Of a stretch of 64,000 nucleotides of DNA, positions 35,428-50,374 are shown piece by piece. Source of the stretch: Octopus vulgaris (lineage: Eukaryota); assembly GCA_951406725.2 (NCBI GenBank), contig OX597820.1:91698001-91762000 (forward strand). Direction: 5' to 3'. Both the position numbers and the translations under genes were made by a program. The notes under the pieces were generated by a model. That model was not told the origin of the DNA, did no database searches, and worked only from the letters and a program-made list of their open reading frames with translations. Position 1 is the first letter of the stretch. Each line of letters begins with the position of its first letter.

Positions 35428-38400
35428 ATCAGTGATACACAATTCGAGCTTTCCAATTAATTACTATTCTAAAACGTTTACTTGGGTCTCATATTTAAGA
35501 AAACGAAAAATTTTGTAGCTGCTTTCGTCGATCTTATTTACTCCAGACCTCGTTATCTTACTTACAGGGATATGTTTTAGTATGTTTAATATGAGTGAAA
35601 TACAACTAACTGATGTCGTTATTCTTTCATAGAATAAATTAACAATAATTATCCATAACACTTATTTAAACAATTATTATATCCTGTATTCATATCTCCC
35701 ATTTTTGATTGTCACATGACTCTGTTCTATGATATTGGGCGGCATGAGTTAACCTCACTGGAGACACCCAAAACCCATCACAATTTTGGGGAACATGGTT
35801 TTCATGATACAACTGTCTTTTCTGCCCAAAGGGTTTTTTCAGTCAGTATTTACATGCTAATATTTATAGCTTTATATATTTCGGGTTCCATCGTTAAAAA
35901 ACGAATTATTTCCACTTCTCATGAAGTTAGCAATACACACACACAAACGTGCGCGTGCATCGCCTTTTGTATTAGGAAGTTAAGTATAATTTTGGTGTAA
36001 GAAGAAATCAGGTTACCCTAGGATTAAAATTATTTGGCTTCTCCCATGTACGAGTTGTAACTGTAGATAGTTTTCATCGTTATTCTGACGTCATCAGCGA
36101 ATTATATTCTTCATCAAACTTAATGAAGTACTCACAAAATATTGAACAAATGAATGAACATGATTGTACACCTATTAAAAGAAAATTTTATTGCATAGCC
36201 ATTAAATAATTCAGAGGTGGTAACCAATATTTAAGTTAACATTTTTAATTCATTGACAGCTAAATAGATATAATGTAGTCGAAATATATCTAATGAATGC
36301 CTCTATACAGAACTCATCCAAACTATTATATTGATGTAGGTTTATCATTGCTTAGGCTTTCTATTTTTGTCCGACACCTTACAAAAATACGAACGATATG
36401 ACAGCAAAGATTTGTCGCTGCATATGTTTCAGATTTTATGCTGATATATTCCGTTTCACTCTAATTCTGTAAATTACTCCCAGTGTTTCTTGTTTGATAA
36501 ATGGGTGGCATGTAGCAAATTATGCTACCTGTTAGAGAGAGATTTTATCGATGGTCCAGCTGTGCTAATTAAAAAATCTAAACAAATAAACATGGGAAGG
36601 TTAAGGGAATTATCAATAAAGGGTAGTAAAATGTTAATATCCTTGAAATATTTCTTTTGATCATTTTAGCTTGATCTCCCATCTACTTGCAAATGTATTA
36701 CTTTTGGTTCCAATCCCAATCTGATTGATTTCTTTCATTCATTGATCTGCAAATATATAGTTTAGCGGTTTACTTCAGGTTCGCCAGTAAGAAACTACAG
36801 TAGCAAAAACAAATGAGACATCAATCAGCAATACGAATATACTACATTCTATGGCAGCTGTTGCATCCAACAAAGAGTGTAGCTAAGAAAACAGAGCGAA
36901 AAAAATAGGTTGAACAATTAAGAAAGCAAGCGAAATTAGAAAAGAAAACAAAGATATATAACAAATTTTTATATGGTCACACAAGAAACGGGTGGCTTGC
37001 CAAAACGACATAAGACTTTTCTTGATAGCAGCTGTCTTCTATATACATTCGATTTCTCTAAATCCTCTTGTAAGCTGTTATTTTCAGAGGCTGAAAAATA
37101 CATAAAATGAGATGTCGTTATTGTGCTTCTTGACATTTTGGTTTGTAGCAACATTTTCCATGGGATTCTTTTTGTTACGTTTATATCTTATTTTTATTCT
37201 TTCAATAAATAAGCCTACCGATTCAGAATCAGAGAATATCACAAACAATCGTTTTCTTTTGGGGCTCGTTTAAAGATTAAGCCAGATGGATATGACAAAA
37301 TATCAATTTAATCTTATGCAGTAATATATAAGAAGAATTGCTATTCATGTCTTTATATTTTCAATCGTCTTCCACAGTAATATAAATTTTTTTAGGATAT
37401 GTTTTATAACATATCTTATAATGTTGATAAGGGCAGCAGCAAACCGTTAACTCAAGCTGCAACTATTCAAATATCGATCTTAGCATCGAATTACTCACAA
37501 CTGTGACAAAGATTTAAATGTTTTATAACTTTATATTCTTACAAAATTACAACATAAAAATACTAAAACACAATTATAAAAATAAAAATTGAATATTTCT
37601 TTTAGCTTATACTTACCGTATCAACTTAACTGCTGTATTTTATATCAAAGTAACCAAGTTATATTCCGATATCAATAAAATATATAACAGATTTTAGTAC
37701 TAGTACATAGGTTCTGATATATTTACCGGTGATTTGTGTCATAAAGTTTTAATGTACCCTATTATATATATTATATTGTTGAAAGTTTAGGGAAAAATTT
37801 TCGGAGTGATGCATTATATAGCTTAGATATGTATAAAAAAATAATGCGTAGATAAAACGTAATTTTGTCTGTAACTCTATACGCATGTATATACACATAT
37901 ATAAATATGTACATATGCATACATGTGTGTATGTTTAGTGATATAACACAGTGGGAAAATATTTTAACACAATGAATAATTTACCACTATGAAAATAGAG
38001 ATATCTATTTCCGCTGTCTGCTAATTTATAAATCTATGTATTTTTTAGAGTCATCTATCTCTGTCACTTGGATTTCTATACGGTTAGACATTAAAACCGA
38101 GACGACCTACAAGGCATCAATTTTCTTTTATATTCTTTTGATACTCAAGCATTTACTCATAATATCTGCCACTACGATGCGTAAACCACATTACTACATC
38201 GAAACTTAACACTCCTATGTAAGCGTTTTGCATAAGATAAAACAAAGCTATGTATTTGTCTGTGTTATGTATGTGTATTCTATATATATCTATGTTTGTG
38301 TGTGTGTGTTACGTTTATATGCTTGAATGTATATATATATATAAATGTATATGTGTGTACATATATATGAGAGTGTGTGAGTGTGTGTGCATACACACGT

Positions 38401-38779
38401 CAACTGTTTACCATACACGCATATACGTACATGAATACATACATCTTTACATACGTGACGCAAAACCAGCTTCACCATTATCAGTTTTGAGACTTGATAT
38501 AAATCTCTTTCGTGTCATATCAAATCCATTCCAGCCTTGTGTGTGAAATTGCACAGACCGTGACTGTGAAACCCGTACAGTGGAATGTAGCTGTACTGCA
38601 GAGAGGCAACACTTTCACACTCTTTTCTCCACTAATTTTCCTTTAGAATTACGTCTAGAATAATACTGCCTATGATACGCTCAGCATCTTACATTGTTCT
38701 TCAAAGAGAAAGCAGTTTTGTCGATTGAATGATTTACACACTCATAGTCCAATCCGCAGCATAGTCCCTTTCTTTTTAT

Positions 38780-39171
38780 TTATTCTCTTTCAGTCATTTG
38801 ACTTTAGCCATGCTGGAGCACCGCCTTTAGTCGAGCAAATCGACACCAGGAATTATTTTTTGTAAGCCTAGTACTTATTCAATCGGTCTCTTTTGCCGAA
38901 CTGCTAAGTTATGGGGACGTAAACACACCAGCATCGGTTGTCAAGCGATGTTGGGAGGGGGACAAACACACTCACACAAATATATACACACATACATATA
39001 TATACACATATATACGACGGGCTTCTTTCAGTTTCAGTCTACCAAATCCACTCACAGGGAGTTGGTCGGCCGGAGGCAATAGTAGAAGATACTTGCCCAA
39101 GGTGCCACGCAGTGGGACTGAACACGGAACCATGCGGTTGGTAAACAAGCTACTTGCCACACAACCACTCT
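38780..39171 (-). mobile_element. SINE family A
   Basis: Collinear with 27640-28056. Confidence 0.9.
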
Positions 39172-39657
39172 TATACATTCATACATATGAAAACACATAT
39201 ATACGCAAAAACATACACCACCTATATGTATGCTTTTGTCTTTTATGTCTTTGGTGTATCGATGATACTTGATTCACAATTGTGTGTTATGCAATGCTAA
39301 CCACATAAATATAATAAATATCGACTCGGGCCACAAACATGACCAATACGACATTAAGTGGTTTCTATAAGGCGAGCAATTTGCGACTTTCGAAACGAGA
39401 CTACTTTGAAAATCCTAGCAGCCATTCTAAAACTGTCACGGTTGTCGTTTAAAAAATTGTACAAGAGCTGCAGATGAACTCTGATAGTGACCAGTTTAGA
39501 TTATATTACAAAAAATTTGACACCTCAAAAAATATGTGAAAAGAGATTTTAAAGATTTCCTTATCTTTAAATGGCTAAACTAGTGAAATTAATATGTATT
39601 CATGCATAAATACGGGCACATAATCACAAACGCATATATATATATATATATATGTAT

Positions 39658-39700
<43 letters not shown>

Positions 39701-39825
39701 GAAGTGAATCTAACGGTTTTTGTGTGTTTCTTAAATGGCTTATAAACACGTTCCACGCTGTAATTGTTTTCATTCCAGCACACGATCTCAGATTAGGTCA
39801 CTTGCTATGCAAGTACATCTCCGTA

Positions 39826-39865
<40 letters not shown>

Positions 39866-41432
39866 TATATATATATGCATGTATGTATGTATTTGTGTAC
39901 GCGTTTATACGTGTATGTATGTATGTGTATATATGTGTGTATGTCTTTACATCAACTTAAAAATGTAACATAAATAGATTCTCTACAGAAGACAAGCTGT
40001 AAGTAGTGATTTTGATCAGATTCTCGTATTAGATGAAGCTAGTTTACTACAAGTTATATCATCAGTGTGATCTCTTGGAAAACTTTATTTCACTTGTAGT
40101 TCACCAGTGGTCGAAATATTCTTGAATCATGCAAGTTAAAATTGAGAAAGTACACATTAGAAAGGCATATACTTGCTTAGTGTCCTTATACAGTAAAGAG
40201 AGTAACGAGGGTAATTTTATACCCATACTTTAGAAGATTATTGAAGTTTGTTACATCAAACATTGCTATTTCTTAGAATTTTACAGCTTGGATCCCAATC
40301 AACCCTATTCAAAAATCTTACAAAGCATAGATCAAATACTATGTATAATATTACAGCCATCGATATGGAAAATTTTAATGGTACTCTCAACACACTATTA
40401 TTTCGGAAATTGAATTGACTAATTATACACTCAGTAGTCTACTCCTAATATAGTTGTGCATATGTATGTGTGTGTGTATGTATGCATGCATCCGCGCGCG
40501 TGTGTGTGTGCATGTATGTGCACGTGTATGTATGCGCACGTGAGTGTGTGCCTTTTGCAAATCGTGGCACAAAGTACCACAAACACAAATATTTTCTTAT
40601 GCTGCTATGGAATACAATAATTGCTGTTTGGGAATATTGAAATTATAGCTACAGTCTTGCTTAGTTATTTTGGAATGTTCGACTAGGTGTGTCTCTTTTT
40701 TTTAAAAAAAAAATTACTTTGATATTTTTAAAGGATTCTAAGACCTTTGTATATTAATAAGTTAATCAGAGAGGTAATATTGTATATTCTACTCCTAATT
40801 GCACGGGGAATTTTTCAACTCATTAAGAATGGATTCCTCAGAGCTTCTCAATGTGTAGGGAAAAAAGCTATAAAAAAAGGTATATTCGACGATTTCAATG
40901 GCTGGCTTTAATCATATATGTACTTTAATTTTCTTCAGTACGAAGAAATAAACACACATTAATCAATATCTTAATCTATTTTTATAAAATTCCTCCGACC
41001 TCTACTGTAAGGTATTCACGCTATGGATATTTATGTGCTTGGTTTAGTTACCAATTTTGTTTTTAATAGAGTAATAAATGAAGCGATCAATTTGTTTTAC
41101 TGTTATTTGAACCCAGAGTGTCGACTTATCAACGACTTATCATAGAATCATGAAGATTTATAAACTATTTTAATGGTAAGTCACATTTTCAGTCGGAAAT
41201 TTTCCCTAAAAAACTCACTCAATAAAACGTTTGGAGTATAAACTTTGAAGAAATTGGGATTCAACTGTGGACTGGATGGCTCCCAAATTTCACCGGCCAG
41301 CAAATTTATAGAAATGATTGCTCTAAGAAAATACTTTTATACTTGTATTCAAAATAGACAGCTACAATCCTAAGACATTAAAAATGAAGATAAATAAATA
41401 AATAGATACATATATAAACTAAATGAGTAAAT

Positions 41433-42255
41433 TTAGCGGTATTTCGTCTATTTTTACGTTCCGAGTTCAAATTCCAACGAGGTGGACTTTGCCTTTCATT
41501 CTTACGGGCTCCATAAATTAAGTAACAGTTGCGTACTGGCGTTGATCTAATCGACTGGCCCTGCTCTCCAAATATTTCGGGCCTCTTGCCTAGAATAGAA
41601 AATAATATTTTAGTGAATATATAAGACGGTGAGCTGGTTGATTCGTTAGCACGCTGGGCGAAATGTTTATCGGTATTTGGTCTGCCGTTACGTTCTGGGT
41701 TCAAATCCTGCCGATTTAGACTTTGCTTTTCATCCTTTCGTGGTCAATAAATTAAGTACCAGTGAAACATTGGGGTCGATGTAATCGACTAGTCCCCTCC
41801 ACTAAAATTTCCGGCCTTGTGCCTGTAGTAGAAAAGAATCATTAACTTGCCGGGCAAAATGTTTAACGGCATTTCCATCATCCTTGCTTTCTGAGTTCAA
41901 ATTCCGCCGAAGTCAATTTTTCGTTTCATCTCTTCGGAGGCGATAAAATAAGTTCCAGTTGAACACTGGGAGCGATATAATCGACTTACCCCCTATCCCG
42001 AAACAGTTGGCTATGTGCCAAATTTTGAAACGAATGTTTTAGTGAATATATCAGGCAGCGAGTTGGTAGAATTATTAGCACGCCAGAAAAATTGCTTAAC
42101 GGCATTTCAACCGTCCTTACGTTCTGATTAAAAATTCTGCTGAACCTGACTTTCGGGGTCGATAAAGCAAGTAGTAGTTGAAAACTGGAATCGATGTAAT
42201 CGACTTACCTTCTTTCAAAATTGCTGGCCCTGTGTCAAAATGCGAAATCAGTATT
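41433..42255 (+). mobile_element. Head-to-tail cluster of four SINE family B (tail 2) units
   Basis: Units at ~41433-41607, 41623-41842, 41843-42036 and 42052-42255. Direct repeat TTTTAGTGAATATAT at 41608-41622 and 42037-42051. Confidence 0.85.
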
Positions 42256-44329
42256 CTTGTAAATATATACATGACGAAATAAAAACATTCGCCAATACTG
42301 TAAATGAGAATCCGTAATAAAATAGTAACAAAATAATAGCTATCAATAAATAGTTCGTAATAATGGTGAAGTACGAAATGATTTATATGAAAAGTAACTA
42401 ATATGCATTCAGCCCACTTTTGCGTCCGCTATATGATTTACAAAAATAAAGCACACACTATCCGAAAAGAATATTAGAATATATGGTTTTGCGAGAGTGG
42501 ATGTTGTGAAGTAAAAACGGTAATAATGCACCAGAATGGATATAAATTCATATCTACACAAAGCATACTGAACGTCGAAAAATGTTAACATACAACCCAG
42601 CGTGTTGGATGGGACTACAACCGTCTTGCTGTACTGACAGAATATCCATGCCCTTTATTTGCAAACTATGCTAAAAAGTTTCTTTAACTATATTATGTGA
42701 AACAAGCTTACTAGAAAACAGATTAAAGAAAGCACCTCATTCATAGGATGACAACTTAGACCAAAGGCTATATACAGAGACAGGGAAAATTTTTCACAGA
42801 AAAATGGGATTGTGGTTTTTCATTAAAGCTTCTTGCATGCAAAATGTTCAGCTGTTGATTACAGACGCTATAACAGAATACTAAAAAGGGAGGAGAATTC
42901 ATAAAATTATATAGATTATTTATCAGAAAAGATCTCTGACATTGTCAGCTGAGTTGCTTTATATAAGTGGAACTGGAAATACACATACCGGAAAGCAAGT
43001 TGAGAGAAGAAAGTAATTAGTGTGCTGAATGAAGAATCTAAATCAAATTGCGAGAGATGAAATTTACTTATGATGTCAAATGAAACCAATAGAATGGCGT
43101 TTTATTATTCCAGTATTAATTTTGTAAAATGAGGACAGAATGTTAATGGTATTGATTTTTTTAATACTGGTTATATATACGCATCTATGGCTAAATGAAT
43201 AGGCCCCAGCACATGACTGTAGATATTTTCTTAAAGTTAGAGGAATGGAATTTGATGTTAACCGTAGTGTTATATCTAAATCTATTGAATGTGCGATTTT
43301 ACAACGTTAGCAAATTAAAAGTTCGTTGAAATACGAAAATACAATAGCGACCCTTACAGGATGCATCCTGGTAAAAACTGTTGCGTGGTAATTGACTTGT
43401 GGAAATGAATTTAAGCTTACACAGCAAGAGGTTGGGTTGAGAAACCGAACAAAACATTATCAGAAAGTAACGTGGAAATATTGAAGGTGTATATCTTAAG
43501 CAAATATAGATAGATGACAACACGCTTAACTATTACAGTCATAAATACCATCATTTCACATTCTTAGTAAGCCACAGCACTATACCTCAGCATGCGTACA
43601 ATTCTACACACATACTCTCCCGAAAAGCATATACGATTCACCCATATACTCGTCTTTAAACATGGATAAACTATACTCGCACATACACACCAACCTGCCT
43701 TCCTTTCATCTCATTCCCATGAAACCGCATTACTATCTGACTGTCATGCTTTTTCTCTCTCTTTCACTGACGATTCGACTTTCTCACTTTGCTATTTTCT
43801 TCTGATGAAACATAAACGTCCAAGCGGTTGAAACTTTTCCGTTTCGAAATTAAGTGTGAAACCACAATCGTGTGTGTTAAAATTTGTCCTTCCTGTGTTA
43901 TCTTTTATATTTAGTTTTTAGTTTTGAAGTTTTCCATTGCAATAACGATACACACGCACACACTCACACATATATACATATAAGTGTGTGTGTGTGTGTG
44001 TGCGTATTTGTGTTTGTATATGTGTATGTGTGTGTTTGATGAATTTACGGATAACAGGCATCTTAGAATAGAAATGCAATTCTAAAACATATGTAAAACA
44101 AGTTAAGGATATTTTTTCAGCCCTGAATATATAAGGACACTGGGGTTATATATAAAATTGAGCATTAATATTTTAAGCAAGTCGAAAACTCAATCACTCT
44201 ATGTCATGGCGAAAAATAGCAGAATCGATAGAAACTCGGACTAAATGCCAAGGTAGATCTCTTACATTCTGCTTTTAAATAGCTCCGAGGTCGACTTTTA
44301 CAAATAGTCCAATAGGCCTAATATTGATT

Positions 44330-44892
44330 TCCAATGTTGCCGCAACTGCATCAACCTCTGGAGAAGGGGGGGGGGTAAGTCGATAACATCGATTCCAGTA
44401 TTTAACTGGTTCTTATTTTATCGACCCCAAAAGGATGAAAGGCAAAGTCGACCTCGGCGGAATTTGAACTCAGAACACAAAGACAGACGGAATACCTATC
44501 TCTTTAGAACCCACAAGGGGCTAAACACAGAGGGAACAAACAAAGACAGATAAACGGATTAAGTCGATTATACCAGTGCGCAACTGGTACTTATTTAATC
44601 GACCCCGAAAGGATGACTGGCAAAGTTGACCTCGGCGGAATTTGAACTCAGAACGTATCGGCAGACGAAATACCTATTTCTTTACTACCCATAAGGGGAT
44701 AAACACAGAGATGACAAACAAGGATAGACAAGCGGATTAAGTCGATTATATTGACTCCAGTGTGTAACACGTACTTAATTTATCGACCTCGAAAAGATGA
44801 CCTCGGCGGAATTTGAACACAGAACATAACTGCAGACGAAATACCGCTAAGCATTATTCCCGGCGTGCTAACGATCCTGCCAGTTTCTTGCC
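44330..44892 (-). mobile_element. SINE family B trimer (one tail-2 unit, two tail-1 units)
   Basis: Two internal junctions, both at ..AATACC|TAT(C/T)TCTTTA.. Confidence 0.85.
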
Positions 44893-46534
44893 AAAAATGA
44901 ACCTCATATTAAATATTAATGAGAAAGTCAATATGCGATCAAAGTAATTATACCTTCCTCAAGTCTTCGTGTTCGTTGTTGAAAAGACATTGTCAGATGT
45001 AATGAAATATGAATCGCACGTTCATAATAGGATTATACTAGAGGTCATCTCCAACAGAACAGCTTTTAAATTACACAACGCGGAGCTTAATATTGTGAAG
45101 ATGCTGATAACATTAATCTACAGTTTATATATATATTGACAACTTTACTACGATGAGTTCCTGTGAAGACACTTAGTTGTCAACGAATGAGACCCAAGCC
45201 AAAGGAACAAAGGAGCATAACTATTATATAGATATCAGTTGCCAAAATTTTGCACCTAGCGGTAATAACTGATTATGCTAAAGTAGTATACTCTTTCGCG
45301 AAAGTGTGATGATCATACAATTTGTAGAAAACTGGCTATAGACTCTGAGAGACAGATTTATTACCAGTAAAAAAAAATCATTTAATTTTGGTTGCACGAC
45401 TAATCAAAGATGGGTAGCGCCTGGAATATTTTATAGAGCTTCAGAGAATGATTGATGAATACTAGAATTAGACTATGATTCATAGAATAGTCTCAAACCA
45501 GAGACTATGACATGAGTCATAGTCCGCTATTACTGGCGCAATTTACAACGCTCTAATGCACACAAAAGTTTTGTACTGGATATTAGCATTGTACTGTATT
45601 TTGAAATCTTTAGAATCAAAAATAAGAAGCTAGTTATTGATATTTAAGATTGTTTAGAATCTTTGATTCCACAATCAAATACGTTTGTGTTAACTGACAT
45701 AATGTTGTTCAGTTACTGCTTCGACTTCCGCATTCACACTCAGATATTTCCTGTTTCGCGAAAGTCAACATTATTCATGAAGACCGTAGAATTAATTTCC
45801 TTCCTACTGCAATTCTCAGATTTATACATTGCAGAAGAATGTTTTGTTCGGACTGTCGTCCATATAACAAATATCACGTCCATGTTCTCATATTTAAGAG
45901 GCTAGAAAAACACGTCTCCAATTATGTGTGAAATAAGTTATAACAACACGGATATGACATGCGCTTACAGATAGAAAGAAAAGGAAAATTCTCAGTATCT
46001 GTTTAAAACCTTTCAATGCTGGAGAATTAGAATATCTGTGTGATTTATCTGGAAAAATATTCAGAGCCTAATGGATGAATAATAAGAATTCAAAATTTTA
46101 GTGTGTGAAACCATGAAAATCGAAATGGTATTAGCTTTGTACAAATATAATAATGGATACCGTGCCTCAAATCACAGATAGAATGAACAAAATGATAAAG
46201 ATGCATCCAGAGAAATAATCTAGGTTTACAATGAGAACACAAATAATGCTAAATGTAATATTGCGCCAGTATATATGGCATAAAACGCAAAAATAATTTA
46301 CTGAAAATTGAAGCACCTTTGGTTATGTGAATAAATTCTGCTCCACAGAAGTATAGAAGACAACACTTGCGTCATTAACACCTATAAGCGACCACGGGAA
46401 ACACATACAAATCAACAAGGGTATTAGGAAATAAATGAGTAAAAGTAATCATTATAATGTGAAAAAGCTACTTAATTTACATTGAAGCCTGAATGGGAGT
46501 GTTAGAGTAGTCCTTAAATACTCTCTGTATATCA

Positions 46535-47035
<501 letters not shown>

Positions 47036-47270
47036 TTAAGACGTCGCACAGTATCGACTATCGTGAGGTTGTTAATTGAAGATATTGTGTCTACCGCGGG
47101 TTTGTACTGTCTGTCAAGTCACAATAATGACCTCTGACAGACAGTACTTTACGCAATATGCCGATGTTTTTTGCAATACACATAGATTGTAAGGTATTTC
47201 TAAACTTTCCAGATGTTTTTACAGGTAGGCTGTTATTGAACCCAATGCTCCGATGACAATGTACAACTAA
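47036..47270 (-). mobile_element. R4/Dong-type LINE 3' end abutting (TAA)n
   Basis: Minus strand IVIGALGSITAYL*KHLESLEIPYNLCVLQKT..LRKVLSV, then a short 3' UTR and (TAA)n. Confidence 0.75.
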
Positions 47271-48906
47271 AATTTTATTTTATATAGTAAATCGCTTTGC
47301 ATATATATTCATATCCTTCATTAGAGTTTAAAATGCATGTGCACCTGTAGTGCAAGCGTGCTTGAATTTTTGCAAAGATTAGTATCTGCCCACGCATAAA
47401 TCTCTTTCTTTTCCCGCTACCAGTGTTGTCCAAAGGGATTATCTATGTATTTTATCAATAGCTTAATTCAGATCTATAGGAGTAAATAGGCTTTGTGTTT
47501 TATATTGGGACTTTCAGCTGCCAGTGGCTTCATGTTCATTAACAGAACGTACCTCAAAGGCCAATAATAATGTATACTGCAGGCTGGTAGATTATATCTA
47601 GGCTCTCGTGGAAACAGCTGGCAATTGCAAGTTCTATATGAGTAAGGAAAGGGACAAGGATTTTCACATTCATTTGGTCTTGAAGAATTTGTTCCTTTAG
47701 TCACGATTTCTGCAAATGAAGCTGGGCAGAGAGGAAGAAATTTCCCTAATTATGCACCTCAAGGCGTGTACACGTTATGTAAAATTTCCCTTAAAATCAT
47801 TGACTGCCACGCCATTACCAACACTAACTCTGCCTGAGACTGCATATACTCTACCAATTTACAGTATACATTAACATGTCTGCAATGTTTCGGGGTATCT
47901 TTTGTTTTTTGTTTTAGAGTGTACGTTATAGTATCAATTCACATTGCTCCCAAAATTGATAGTACTATATTTATTCCCATAATCTCATCGTTGATGATTC
48001 CTTTGTTGGCCTTGATACTTACAGAATTCTTCTAGGACCCATTGCAATCGGTTCTTTAATGATTTCTCTTTTATTTTTAAGATCTTTATAATTTTCTTTT
48101 CACGCTGGATTGGAATTGCTTATTTTATAACTACACTCGTTGTTGCATTTATAATGTTCCTTAGCAAAATTTCGTTGTTTTAACGTGATCCTTGTTCATA
48201 GAGTGATTAGTATGTGACATTATGGTAGTATATTTATTTCTTTTTGTCAAAAGCTTCTTTATGTCAATTTCATTGCCAAGAAGAAACCTATATGCTGATG
48301 GTTTTCTTATGTTCTTATATGAGTCAATCATAGGGAGTAACCACTAGCATGTATAGCTGCTATGACTGTTCTGCACAGTATTTCGTATGGTCAAAAATAC
48401 CCCGTAAAACTGCAGGCATATTAATGGATACTGTACGTTGGTAGACTGTATGCCGTCTCTCGTATAGATAGAGATGGCATCTGCATGGCAGGCAGTGATT
48501 ATAAAAGAAAGTTTATATATACTGCAAATGCTTTTATGCTTGCCAACTTTTCCTATTTGTTTATTATATTGACTATTTTATCGTTATCTCTAATCCTTGC
48601 GAGTTACTTTCATTGGTCCTCAGTGACGTCTCGATGTAAAATCTTTTACTTCTATTTGATTTTAACATATTTCAAATTTCGGTACTTATATATACATTGT
48701 TTATTCGTAATATAGCATTATGCTTTCGTTTTCATTTAGTACTCTAGTATTTGTTCACTACTCTACTATTTAGTTTTACGTGCACCATGTTTTTCCTGTA
48801 AGTTAACAATGAAGCCGATTTGAAATAATATCAAACGTTAGATATTTTGTCCGACGCTCTAGCGACTCTGCATTTGCCATCCCTTGCTTTCAGAATTGCT
48901 AGTAAT

Positions 48907-49095
48907 TATCCTTCCTACTATAGACACAAGATCTGAAATTTCGTGGGAGGGGATGTGTCGATTCCATCGACCCTAGTCCTCAACTGTTAGTTAATCAACC
49001 CGGCGGAATTTGAAATCAGAACGTAAAGACAGGCGAACTATCGATAAGCATTTCGCCCTGCGTGCTAAAGATTCTGTCAGCTCGCCTCCATAGAC
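48907..49095 (-). mobile_element. SINE family B (tail 2) with 11-bp TSD
   Basis: TTGCTAGTAAT at 48896-48906 and 49096-49106. Confidence 0.75.
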
Positions 49096-50223
49096 TTGCT
49101 AGTAATAATAAAAGCCAGGGAGAAGTTTAGTGAGCCCATCATTACTTTACTGGTACATTATCTTCTCTAAACCGGAGAGATTTAAGATAAAATTAATTCC
49201 GCTAGCGGCTGAAGGGACAACATTATGAAATAATCTAAACATTTTCCCCCAAAACTCTAGTTATTCTGCAAGCTTATTGTGCTAATAATGATTGCTTTAG
49301 ATTTAGAAAGAAAGACCACTAAATCGATGAATGGATTAATCGATACAATCGACCATAGTACGTGGAAGGTATTTATTTTACAAGCGATGAAAATATCATC
49401 CCGGTGAGATTTAAACTCAGAATTTAAAGAACCAGAGGAAATACTAAAATTAATTTTTCCGCGGCTCTAAAGACTGTTTATGGAGAAACAATTCTAAGTA
49501 ACATCATTCATAGTTCTTGAGAGTCTCTTTATCATATCGACATTAAAACAATACGATCCAATGATGACCTTGATGTAATATGAAGGCAGGCCTTAGAGAA
49601 CATCTGTTAGACACTGTAACGAATTTTTCAACTTTCTGCCTTATAATTTCTTATTTAAATACAAATTCAATAGTTTTATTCACTTTGGTAGATTCAAATG
49701 ATCTCTAGCATTTGAGCGGCACTGCATTGACACAGAATATTTGAAAGTCAGTGTTGATTCTGGTAGCATTTTTAATTTAAAATGTAAAGGGTGGGAACAT
49801 ATAACATAAAGCATTTTATCGGATGCTCTAACGATCCTGCCATATTACTATTCTTATCATTGATGATGATTAAGATGAGGAAATGATGATAATGATAATA
49901 ATAATAACAATAACAACACCAACAACAATATCTGTAATAATAATCTCATTCATAAATGTCTATTTGTAAATTAACAAGCAAATCACCGGCTTAAACAAAA
50001 TTAGTACATATAAAACATTAACCAGTAAGGCAAATGTCTTGTTACGAACGATTTATTGCTTTGCTATTAAGTACTTAGCCATACACTAATTTAAAATAAG
50101 TGTACAACCGAGTAAAGAGATAATATAGATATTTTTATGCATTAATTATTTTGTCTTGCATATACTGGAGTCTTCATACATGTATGTATATATTATACGT
50201 AAAAGGAAAGATACTTTAAATAA

Positions 50224-50278
<55 letters not shown>

Positions 50279-50320
50279 GCATGCATGTATGTATGTATAC
50301 ACTGATTTACAATATATTTC

Positions 50321-50370
<50 letters not shown>

Positions 50371-50374
<4 letters not shown>

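Noticed and set aside
36051-36105. Minus-strand CTGATGA..GAAA..TTA hammerhead-like string
   Set aside because: Stems II and III are short and stem I cannot form, so it is compatible with chance.
44330-44892. Repeat-spacer-like periodicity suggesting a CRISPR array
   Set aside because: The units are ~175-bp SINE copies with no unique spacers, in a eukaryotic context with no cas genes.
47270-48470. Possible upstream continuation of the R4/Dong element on the minus strand
   Set aside because: Only vague similarity (TKG..P, FW). Needs TBLASTN/HMM confirmation.
50281-50370. N-terminus MHVCMYTL..IYIY of the 578-aa ORF
   Set aside because: Read-through from flanking sequence and (TA)n. The element is 5'-truncated at ~50371.
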